Of a DNA stretch of 64,000 nt, positions 48,312 through 56,083 are shown piece by piece. The DNA is from an uncultured virus (IMG/VR IMGVR_UViG_3300047320_000091) (taxonomy: Duplodnaviria; Heunggongvirae; Uroviricota; Caudoviricetes): the IMG/VR virus record IMGVR_UViG_3300047320_000091. One strand, written 5' to 3'. Position 1 is the stretch's first letter, and each line of letters starts with the position of its first letter. The position numbers and the translations under genes are program-made. A model generated the notes under the pieces. The model was not told the origin of the DNA. It did not search any database and saw only the letters and a program-made list of their open reading frames with translations.

Positions 48312-49340
48312 TTAAGCCGCCTTGCGCTTCCGGGACTTCCGCGCGGGGGCGGGGGCGGCTTCCGTGGTTTCCTCCGCCTTCTCCGGAGCGGGGGGCGGGA
48401 GAAGCAGGACAACGTTCCCCGTGGTTTCGGTCGCGGGGGCGGTTGCCATGGTCGCGCCAACCTTGCCGTTGATGTAGGCTTGCAAGGTCATGAGAGCGTC
48501 GACCGAAAGCGTGTCAACGGCTGCCATGATCGCCGCCAGCTTCTCCGTTTCCGTCAATTCGGAAGCCGGTTCCGCGCTACCGGCGGACTCGGGGGCGGTT
48601 GCGGTTTCGGGCTTCTCCGCTCCGGCCTTCTCCGCCTTGGCGGACTTCTCCGAGTCGCGTGCCATGTCATGCCATTCGGCAAGGCGGGATTGCATGACGC
48701 CCCATTGGGCCGAAAGCGCCTCGCCCACCTTGGCGTTCCACATGACTTCCGCCGAGTCGATGGAAGCCGCCCGGGCGCATTCCACAATGACGGAACCGTG
48801 GTTAATCCGCATGAACGAGGCGAGTCGCGTGCCATACGTCTTGAGCGTCGAAAGCGAGTCAATGAGCTTGACGTTGACCGGCTTGCCGTTGCGTACCTCT
48901 CCGGTATGCTTCAGCTTGACGTATTCCGCCGCAAGCTTGTTCCGCTCCGACTCGGCCGCCTTCAGCGCGTCACCGGAAAGCCGGTCAAGCTTGCCGTTGA
49001 GCGCGGCAATCGCTCCGGCCTTCTCTTCCGTTCCCCGATAGATCATGCGACCGGCTTTCGCGATCGGAACCAAAATGTCCCGGGTAAAAATCCAGCCATC
49101 CTTTTGCGGATCATAATTCTGATCCGTCAACAGCGCGCGGATTTGTTCGCCGCAAAGGTTCAGCGCCAGCATGGTGACGGCGGAGTGAGTCGACGTTTCA
49201 GCCGCGCCAAGGGATGCAATCGCCCGGTCCGCGCTACGGGACTGGATCGTATCCGCAAACTTTTCGGTCGCGGACTGCAACACGTTGGTTTCGGCAATCT
49301 CCGCCGCGTTGGGCTGGCGGGTATCGGTCGCGGTAGCCAT
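48312..49340 (-). CDS. first gene of the leftward arm, Ala/Glu/Thr-rich hypothetical protein
   Basis: 342-aa ORF with its own terminator; codon choice looks atypical (GAA, GCG, ACG, CAA); ends RKRKAA. Confidence 0.7.
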   Translation of the reverse strand: MATATDTRQPNAAEIAETNVLQSATEKFADTIQSRSADRAIASLGAAETSTHSAVTMLALNLCGEQIRALLTDQNYDPQKDGWIFTRDILVPIAKAGRMIYRGTEEKAGAIAALNGKLDRLSGDALKAAESERNKLAAEYVKLKHTGEVRNGKPVNVKLIDSLSTLKTYGTRLASFMRINHGSVIVECARAASIDSAEVMWNAKVGEALSAQWGVMQSRLAEWHDMARDSEKSAKAEKAGAEKPETATAPESAGSAEPASELTETEKLAAIMAAVDTLSVDALMTLQAYINGKVGATMATAPATETTGNVVLLLPPPAPEKAEETTEAAPAPARKSRKRKAA

Positions 49341-50289
49341 TTGGTTTCGCCTTTCTCTCTTGCCCCCCGTCTTTTCCAGACCATCCGGAAAAATCCGGGG
49401 TTTTGGCATGGCTCTCCCGTGCCTCGCGAAGGTCATTCGCTGGATGGAAAAGCCCGCGGCGAGTCGCCTCGCCTTGCCTCTCCCGCTATATGCGGGCACA
49501 AAATCAACTTAGAGACTGTGACTTGAGTTTACAATCGAGAAAAAAACCCTGCAATCTCAATAGGTTACAAGCATGAAAATGGAGCTTTTGCATTCAAGCA
49601 AACGAATCGACGATTGATGCAGCTAAGTCATTGAGAAATAACAACAATCTCTGTTTTCGAAAATCAGAAGAGCTTCTGATAAACCTAAGACTTCTGAAAA
49701 AGCGTAGAGAAAACATAGCATAAGATTTTCATTTTGGCAGGGTGAGGAGAATAATTTTTTATTTTGATACCCCCCTCGGTTGGCTGACCACCTCATACTT
49801 CGCACCGCTAAAAGGCCATTTTCCCCAGAGGGTTGGGGGACTGGCATAGATCAGGGACAGGGCTCGCAGCGCGGGGCCGTGGTGTGCAGGGCGGCCCTCG
49901 GACGGGGGTTGGGAGGTCCGTTTCGGGCGGCCTCTCCTGGGGCTTCTCAGGGCTTTTGGGGATGCGTTTGCATTACCACAAATCGCTGGCCGCGGGAAGG
50001 GGGGGTGGCCTTCCAAAAGACCCCCCTCATTCGGGAGGTTCAGCGCCGCGCCGCGGCGTACAAAAGGCCCATTTTCGGGTCGCTCACGACGAGGATCACG
50101 GCGGTGGCCACGAGCAGCAGTAGGCCTGAGGCGATGATGGCGAGGAAGACACGGTCCATGGTCGACAAGCAGGAGGGACTGCTGTCGTTCCTGCCGATCC
50201 GATTGCCGCATGGGCGGCGAGGGCTTCGCCCTATTGAAACAGACCAGTCCCCGCCGTGGTGCCGCCGGCTCTGCCGGTTCTTTTGCCGG

Positions 50290-50481
50290 TTAGTGGCCCT
50301 GCCGCCTCGGGAAGAAGGGAATGACGTCGCCATCGGCCGCCCGGATGACGGCCCTGGCCATCGCCATCACGTCGAAGCCCAGGTCGCTGAGCGTCAGCGC
50401 CACTCCCTGGCGGTCCAGCTCGGCGACGATAGCGTCGGTCACCTTCATGAGCCGGGCGGTGTCTGCGGTGCTATCGGTCAT
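50290..50481 (-). CDS. hypothetical protein (host-like cargo)
   Basis: 63-aa ORF. Confidence 0.5.
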   Translation of the reverse strand: MTDSTADTARLMKVTDAIVAELDRQGVALTLSDLGFDVMAMARAVIRAADGDVIPFFPRRQGH

Positions 50482-50526
50482 GCCGAGACCATATCCCGGT
50501 CGGCCGAGTGTAGCGAGCGCTTCGCG

Positions 50527-50835
50527 CTAGTCTTGCATCAGGTGTGCTGCCGGCCGCTTGCGGCTGCGCCGCCCCTTCGACCCGCGCTGCCGCTGCCGGT
50601 CACCTGGAAACTCGCCGGGGCCCATCGTCGGGCGGCCTGCCAGGATGTCGTCGAGCACGAAGGAGATCACCTCGACCAGCTCGACCTGGCTCATCAGCTC
50701 GATCTCGGCGTCGGCCTCATCGTCGTTGTGGATCCGGTCGTCCTTCAGGTGGGTACGGATGCGTCTGATCAGCTCGGTCACGGAACTCTCCTCGTTGGGA
50801 GGGCGGACCAAAGCACGGCCGACTTGTTCACGCAA
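50527..50835 (-). CDS. hypothetical protein
   Basis: ORF; true start probably GTG near 50781 after GAGGAG. Confidence 0.4.
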   Translation of the reverse strand: MREQVGRALVRPPNEESSVTELIRRIRTHLKDDRIHNDDEADAEIELMSQVELVEVISFVLDDILAGRPTMGPGEFPGDRQRQRGSKGRRSRKRPAAHLMQD

Positions 50836-50878
50836 TGTTCTCGTGCGGTGATGCCCGGCTCTGACCCGGGCGTGACAC

Positions 50879-51061
50879 CTACCGCTGATGGCCGAGCCCG
50901 ATGCCGAGCTGGTGCGCCTTGGCCCGCAGCGCCGGCACGGTGCGCTTCATCTGCTTCGAGATCTTGGCGATCGGCGTCTTGGACTTCGAGTGTGCCTTGA
51001 GTGTCTTCAGGTCGTCCTTGCTGTAGGGCACCCGCTTCGTCTTCTTCGTCGCCTTCGCCAT
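50879..51061 (-). CDS. small basic HTH-like protein (rhizobial type)
   Basis: YSKDDLKTLKAHSKSKTPIAKISKQMKRTVPALRAKA. Confidence 0.65.
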   Translation of the reverse strand: MAKATKKTKRVPYSKDDLKTLKAHSKSKTPIAKISKQMKRTVPALRAKAHQLGIGLGHQR

Positions 51062-51630
51062 GTGATGGAACCTCTTTCCGCGCCGCACATTTTCTCGGCG
51101 CTGTGTGTTGAAAAACAGCATTGGCGGCCCTGACCCCAAGTGTCTGAAGCCTGGACCAGGACCGCCGCTGCAGCACCCTCCGCTCTCGCGCGAGGGATCG
51201 GTTGCATTTAGACTTCCCGGGGGGCTCCGCTACGCCATTTTGGTTGTGGCATACCAGCCCCTCGGGAATGTCTTGCATTCGGCAACCTGATACCTCTGCA
51301 AACGTTCCCCTCTCTTATGCAAACCCAACCTGCAAATGTCTGGCTTGACTCGGGAAGATTCGGTAGCCTGTGCAAATGCGGCGAGCGCTTCGCGCTAATC
51401 AGTAGGAGTTGCGTCCCGTGGAGATACTGGGCTTCGAGCCGGCCGAGCTGCGCCAGTTGCTCGCGTTGAGGGACGAGATCGAGGAGCTGCGCAAGAACCG
51501 GCGCTCGGCGTTCGAGGTGCTGACCGTGCTGAGGCTGCGACGCATTTCCCGTGACATGGCACGTTCACGGACCACGACGCCCTCAAATGATCCGTAGACG
51601 GACCACGCGGGCCGCTGGTATCCGACCGGC

Positions 51631-52023
51631 ATGTGCGTGAAGAACTGCGAGCATTGCCAGCGCGAGTATCGAAGGTCCGGTCGCCCGGAGCAGCGCTTCT
51701 GCTCGCACGAATGCTTCCGCGCCTTCCGCTACAAGGATCGGCAGACGAGCCGCCGCTGCGAGAACTGCCCGACAGTCTTCGAGCTGGGTCGCCGCAAGGC
51801 TAAGCGCTTCTGCACGGCGAGATGCGTGGCGATCTGGCGCGAGCGAGAGAAGCGACTGAACCGGCCGCCCGCGCCGCCGCGCGTCCGCCGCAAGCCCGGC
51901 CGTATCGAGTGGTCGATCGGTGGCATGCACCGCAGCCGCGGCATGGCGCCGACACCGCGCTCGCCGTGGTACGAGCTGCTGCGCCGGGTCGGCTTCAGCC
52001 GAACTGGTCGGACACGCGAGTGA
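51631..52023 (+). CDS. zinc-finger repeat protein
   Basis: two CxxC...FCSxxC-type repeats. Confidence 0.45.
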   Translation: MCVKNCEHCQREYRRSGRPEQRFCSHECFRAFRYKDRQTSRRCENCPTVFELGRRKAKRFCTARCVAIWREREKRLNRPPAPPRVRRKPGRIEWSIGGMHRSRGMAPTPRSPWYELLRRVGFSRTGRTRE

Positions 52024-52603
52024 ACGCCGGGTGCGCTCTGTTCTTGACCTTGATCCAGTCGCAGACCCTGGGCCTGTACCCGCGCTCGCGGTGCTTGGAG
52101 ACGATCCCCTCGAGTCCCATGTCGCACGCGGCCTCGAATAGCCGCGGTCCCAGGTCTCCGATCTCAAACGGCGCCACGAAGATGCCCTCCGGCCGCCGCT
52201 CCAGGATTTTGGCGAGCTTCGCCTTGCGCTCGTCGAGCTTCAGGGCGCGCAGGTCGTCACCGTCCATTGCCACGATGTCGAAGGCGTAGAGCTGGGCGTC
52301 GTCGTTGTACTGGCCTGAGTGCAGCCAGTCGAACTGCGAGATGCCGCGGAGATCGAGCACGCATATCTCGCCGTCGATGACGAACTGCTTCTGCTTCATC
52401 TTCCGCGCCGCCTCGACGATCATCGGATAGCGCCAGGTCCAGTCGAGACCTGCTTTTGAGAGCAGCTTAACGTCCTTGTCCTGCCTGATAAGGCGCCCGC
52501 GGTAGCCGTCGTATTTGACCTCGTGGATCCAATCGGGACCATGGGGCACGACCTTCCGGGCCGCGGGCCTGCAAAATTCAAATGGTCTGGGCATGACCGG
52601 CAT
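51995..52603 (-). CDS. ATP-dependent DNA ligase (adenylation domain only, LigD/LigC-like)
   Basis: HEVKYDGYR, IDGEI, YAFDI, LEGIVSK, WIKVK; no OB domain. Confidence 0.85.
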   Translation of the reverse strand: MPVMPRPFEFCRPAARKVVPHGPDWIHEVKYDGYRGRLIRQDKDVKLLSKAGLDWTWRYPMIVEAARKMKQKQFVIDGEICVLDLRGISQFDWLHSGQYNDDAQLYAFDIVAMDGDDLRALKLDERKAKLAKILERRPEGIFVAPFEIGDLGPRLFEAACDMGLEGIVSKHRERGYRPRVCDWIKVKNRAHPAFTRVSDQFG

Positions 52604-52632
52604 CTATGCATCGACGGTCGGAATGCGAGTCC

Positions 52633-52983
52633 TCAGAAGTCCCGCAGTGGCAGCAGCAGCTGCACGCCTATCGGCCGCCCGGTGAAGCGCTCGATGAACT
52701 CCCGCACCGGCTCGGTGACCTCGAACCCCTCGGCGACGCGCCGCTCAAGTTCCGCGGCCACATCCTCGGAGGCGTCTCTCGACCAGCCCTCCAGCGGGTT
52801 CAGCGCGACGATGCGAATTGGGTGAGCATACTGGCCGCTGAGCAGGTCGCTGATCAGGGTCCGAAAGTCAGTCTGATCCTCATCGGTCTCCCGCCACGCG
52901 GGGCCGCTGCTGAAATCCTCAAGAACGAAATGCATATCCCGGTCGAGGCGATCGGCGGGGACGATCGATGGCGATTTACGCAT
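52633..52983 (-). CDS. hypothetical protein (rhizobial type)
   Basis: SPSIVP...WRETDE...LLSGQY...EGWSRDAS. Confidence 0.6.
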   Translation of the reverse strand: MRKSPSIVPADRLDRDMHFVLEDFSSGPAWRETDEDQTDFRTLISDLLSGQYAHPIRIVALNPLEGWSRDASEDVAAELERRVAEGFEVTEPVREFIERFTGRPIGVQLLLPLRDF

Positions 52984-53017
52984 ACGCAACTCCGGACTGA
53001 TCGGAGTCAAAGGTAGG

Positions 53018-53509
53018 TCACGACCGGTCGGATTGCGAGTCGCCGATGCCCCGGTGCGCCGTGTGGATGTGCTTCTCCATGCCGCCGGCCGTGGTGAGTA
53101 GTTCCCCGCAGAAACATCTCGACTGGCCGTTGGTTCGCTGCGTCGGCAGCGGCAGCCGCTCGTCATGCATCCGGTCCTTCCAGGCGTGCCAGTCGCGGTT
53201 GCGGCGCCAGAGCTCAAAGTGGGCTTCGGTGCGGGTGGCCGACAGCTTGGTCCAGTCCCGCTCGAAGCCGGCACGCGCCTCCTCGAACGTCTCGGCCACG
53301 CCGTTTGTGGACTGGCCTGGATCACACCCGGGGTAGAAGCCGCAGGTCCAGCCCCACTGCGGCGCATGGGTGGGGACGCCGGCACGTTTGCCGATGTGCC
53401 CTACCCGGACATCGCCCCAGTAGACGAACCATCCACCGGCTTGTTGCGGATCTTTGTCGGGCTTGCGGTGCAGGTGGCTCAATTGTGACGAACCTGTGGT
53501 TTCTGACAC
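53018..53509 (-). CDS. hypothetical protein
   Basis: RVGHIG...WGWTCGFYPG...GVAETFEEARAGFE. Confidence 0.55.
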   Translation of the reverse strand: MSETTGSSQLSHLHRKPDKDPQQAGGWFVYWGDVRVGHIGKRAGVPTHAPQWGWTCGFYPGCDPGQSTNGVAETFEEARAGFERDWTKLSATRTEAHFELWRRNRDWHAWKDRMHDERLPLPTQRTNGQSRCFCGELLTTAGGMEKHIHTAHRGIGDSQSDRS

Positions 53510-53592
53510 TCAGGCAGGGGACGGAGCGCTTCGCGCTCTCAGTGATACCGTAACAGGGCGGCTGTCCAGCATGGGATCGCAAAGGGTACCAC

Positions 53593-53734
53593 CGGCATCT
53601 GGTGCCGCGGCATCTGTTGCCGGTACCACCGGCATCTGGTGCCGGTACCAGCGGCATCTCTTGCCGGTACCCCCGGCACCAGTTGCCTACTAACCTATCA
53701 ATGAACCCACATTGAACCGATCAAGAACCCAAAG
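53593..53734 (+). repeat. second, non-coding iteron array (origin-like copy)
   Basis: five CGGCA-N5-TGCC(G/T) units at 53593, 53608, 53630, 53652 and 53674, followed by CTAACCTATCAATGAACCCACATTGAACCGATCAAGAACCCAAAG. Confidence 0.8.
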
Positions 53735-54105
53735 GCGAGGGCCGGCTCGCGCTTGGCGGGTTCCAGCGTTTGCATTCCATTTGCAGCAGGGGTTGACGGA
53801 TCGGCCATATGCGGGTATCTCTTTCGCTACGTTAGCATTCGTGCAAATGAAGCCATCAAGCCCCCAACCCAGCCAGCCGGTTCCCCCGGTCTGGCCGGCG
53901 CGGGCGGAGGAACCAATGACTTTCACCGACCTGCAGTTCGTGGCGGCGCTCGGCGTGCTCACCATCAAGCTGCTCGTCCTGATCCTGGGGGCGATGTCTG
54001 TGATGACGACAGCCCTGCTGATCACCGCCCTCTGCAAACGCTGAACCTTTTACCCAGAGCCCGGTACTGCCCCACGGCAGACCGGGGCACCCTTTCAGGA
54101 CGCCT

Positions 54106-54507
54106 ATGCCCCGCAGAAGCAAACGCCGTGAAGAAGATCTGGTCTACGCCGCCGTCCAGGCGCTGGAAGACGAGATCCGGTGTTGGAGCGAGGGCCCGTC
54201 GCGTCCCTACTACGGCGCCCGTGAGGACATGGTCCTCCTGACCCGATATCCGATCATGCGGATGGGTCCGATCGGCCCGGCCGAGGTCCCCGAAGAGGCG
54301 ATCACGGTTCAGCACCTCGACATCCCGCGGAAGGAAGTCCCGTACTTCCTGCGCTGGAAGGGCATGGAGGCGGCCATCAAAAAGATCCGCGAGCTGGAGC
54401 GCCAGCCCGAGCATGCGCCGACCCCAGAGACCCTCGACCGAATGGACGAGATGGCCCGGATCGAAATGACCGGCGTTGATGCGCCGGGGTTCACGGTGAT
54501 GCGATGA
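54106..54507 (+). CDS. hypothetical protein
   Basis: 133-aa ORF near the start of the rightward operon. Confidence 0.6.
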   Translation: MPRRSKRREEDLVYAAVQALEDEIRCWSEGPSRPYYGAREDMVLLTRYPIMRMGPIGPAEVPEEAITVQHLDIPRKEVPYFLRWKGMEAAIKKIRELERQPEHAPTPETLDRMDEMARIEMTGVDAPGFTVMR

Positions 54508-54752
54508 TCGAGTTCGCCGCAGCCATGATGATTGCCGGCGCAACGCTCTACGCCATCGGCTCGGCCGGTGCGTGGTGGAGCCGCCGCCGCGAGCGCGTCA
54601 CCGGGTTTTCGACCGAGGACACCGAGCTGCTGACGATGCCGGCGCACGAGCGCCTGGCCCGCCAGCTGGCCATCCGGGCCGGCGCACCAGAGTTCATGTG
54701 GCGGCGATACACGCCGCTCGCCGTCTCGATCATCTTGCAGAGGAAGTCATGA
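54504..54752 (+). CDS. membrane-anchored hypothetical protein
   Basis: ATGA-coupled; hydrophobic N-terminus. Confidence 0.5.
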   Translation: MIEFAAAMMIAGATLYAIGSAGAWWSRRRERVTGFSTEDTELLTMPAHERLARQLAIRAGAPEFMWRRYTPLAVSIILQRKS

Positions 54753-54949
54753 GCCGTCGCCAGAAGTTGCAGTTCATCCGTGCCCAGATCCACGCCGAGA
54801 TGCAGGACAAGCTGACCCGCACCGTGTTGATCGCCTTCTCGATCTGCGCTGCGATCGACGTCGCATTCCGTGGCATCCACTGATCACAAGTTTAACAGAG
54901 CCCGTTGTCTGCCCCGAGCAGCACGGGTCCACCCTTACCGAGAGAGACC

Positions 54950-55129
54950 ATGCCCGCCAAGTCCGCCGAGAAGTCCGCCGCCGTGATCACGATCAAGGAA
55001 GCGTCGGAGATGTCTAAGCGCGGTCGGCGCGAGGTCGCCGCCTGGATGCGCAAGCAGGCCGACTTCCTGGAGAGCGACGGCAAGGCGTTCTCGAAGCGCT
55101 TCACCGCGCGCTACCTCTACCGCGACTGA
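54950..55129 (+). CDS. hypothetical protein
   Basis: small basic ORF. Confidence 0.5.
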   Translation: MPAKSAEKSAAVITIKEASEMSKRGRREVAAWMRKQADFLESDGKAFSKRFTARYLYRD

Positions 55130-55335
55130 TGGCCGGCGACACCTGCGACTTCTGCAGCACCAGGGACAAATGCGATGGCTGCGGCAAGGAAGAGCCGGGG
55201 ATCGACTGGTTCGCGAAAGCGTTCCGCCGAGTACGGCTTAAAAAAGGTTTCCCTGATCCCGGACATCTCTGCGGATCATGTGCCGGACGCATCACCGGAA
55301 AAGAAATCGGCCGAGCCATCGCCGGCAAAGATTGA
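55129..55335 (+). CDS. small Cys-rich protein
   Basis: CDFC...CDGC...CGSC. Confidence 0.45.
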   Translation: MAGDTCDFCSTRDKCDGCGKEEPGIDWFAKAFRRVRLKKGFPDPGHLCGSCAGRITGKEIGRAIAGKD

Positions 55336-55561
55336 TCCGATCTCGACCAGCCCACTGGCCGTGCAGGCCTTCGAGCTGATGCAGATCCTCGACCCGCTGA
55401 TCGGCGTGGCCGAGACCGCGTTCTTCATGAACCGAAGCAACGAGTTGCTCGGCGGCATCACGCCAGTGACCGCCATCAAGGAGGGCCGGCTCGACGACGT
55501 CAAGCGCGCCATTCGCGCCGTCGCCGCCGAAAAGGGCGTCTTCACGACATCGCTGGGGTAG
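55331..55561 (+). CDS. MbcA/ParS/Xre antitoxin C-terminal-like protein
   Basis: FMNRSNELLGGITPVTAIKEGRLDDV; start codon uncertain. Confidence 0.5.
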   Translation: MDPISTSPLAVQAFELMQILDPLIGVAETAFFMNRSNELLGGITPVTAIKEGRLDDVKRAIRAVAAEKGVFTTSLG

Positions 55562-55589
55562 CTCAACGGTAGAGCGCCTGGCTTACCAA
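55552..55589 (+). pseudogene. tRNA 5' half (acceptor 5' strand, D arm, partial anticodon arm)
   Basis: GCTGGGG-TA-GCTC-AACGGTA-GAGC-G-CCTGG-CTTACCAA, then breaks off before the nuclease ORF. Confidence 0.7.
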
Positions 55590-55600
55590 ACGGGATAGCT

Positions 55601-55993
55601 ATGGCACTCCATCCGACGTCGGTTGGCGACATCACTGTCGCCATGCTGACAGCCCATTTCCTGAAGCTCGGCTTCGCGGTGCTCAAGCCCGTGACCGAGT
55701 TGTCGCGGTACGACCTGGTCATCGACCGGGGCAACGGCTTCGAGACCGTCCAGTGCAAGACCGGCAGGCTGAAAGACGGCTGCGTCCGGTTCTTCTCTGC
55801 GTCGAGCGCGAACAACAAGCGGCACTCGTACAAGGGGCAGGTCGACCTGTTCGGCGTGTACTGCCCTGAGACGGATCGCTGCTACCTGGTGCCGGTCGAC
55901 GAGGCCGGCTCTGCGGAGTGCTACCTCCGCGTCGAGCCAGCCAAGAACAATCAGGTCGCGAAGACCAGGTTGGCAGAAGCCTACATGATCTAA
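55601..55993 (+). CDS. PD-(D/E)XK homing endonuclease (I-Ssp6803I/PDDEXK_5-like)
   Basis: SRYDLVID...VQCKTGR...Y...VDLFGVYCP...YLVP. Confidence 0.85.
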   Translation: MALHPTSVGDITVAMLTAHFLKLGFAVLKPVTELSRYDLVIDRGNGFETVQCKTGRLKDGCVRFFSASSANNKRHSYKGQVDLFGVYCPETDRCYLVPVDEAGSAECYLRVEPAKNNQVAKTRLAEAYMI

Positions 55994-55996
55994 AAG

Positions 55997-56071
55997 GCCG
56001 GGGTAGCTCAATGGTAGAGCACCGGATTTCCACTCCGGTGGTTGTGGGTTCGAACCCCACCCCTCGCTCCA
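55997..56071 (+). tRNA. tRNA-Gly(TCC)
   Basis: full cloverleaf; CCGGA-TTTCCAC-TCCGG anticodon arm; GTGGG-TTCGAAC-CCCAC T arm; U73 and CCA; C3:C70 mismatch. Confidence 0.88.
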
Positions 56072-56083
56072 AAGGAAACTCAG

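Noticed and set aside
53593..53688. Possible CRISPR array
   Set aside because: Units are 15 bp with 0-7 bp spacers and match the rep-gene iterons; no cas genes are present.
55590..55996. Group I intron surrounding the PD-(D/E)XK ORF
   Set aside because: Only 11 nt upstream and 3 nt downstream separate the ORF from tRNA sequence, and no matching 3' tRNA exon follows.
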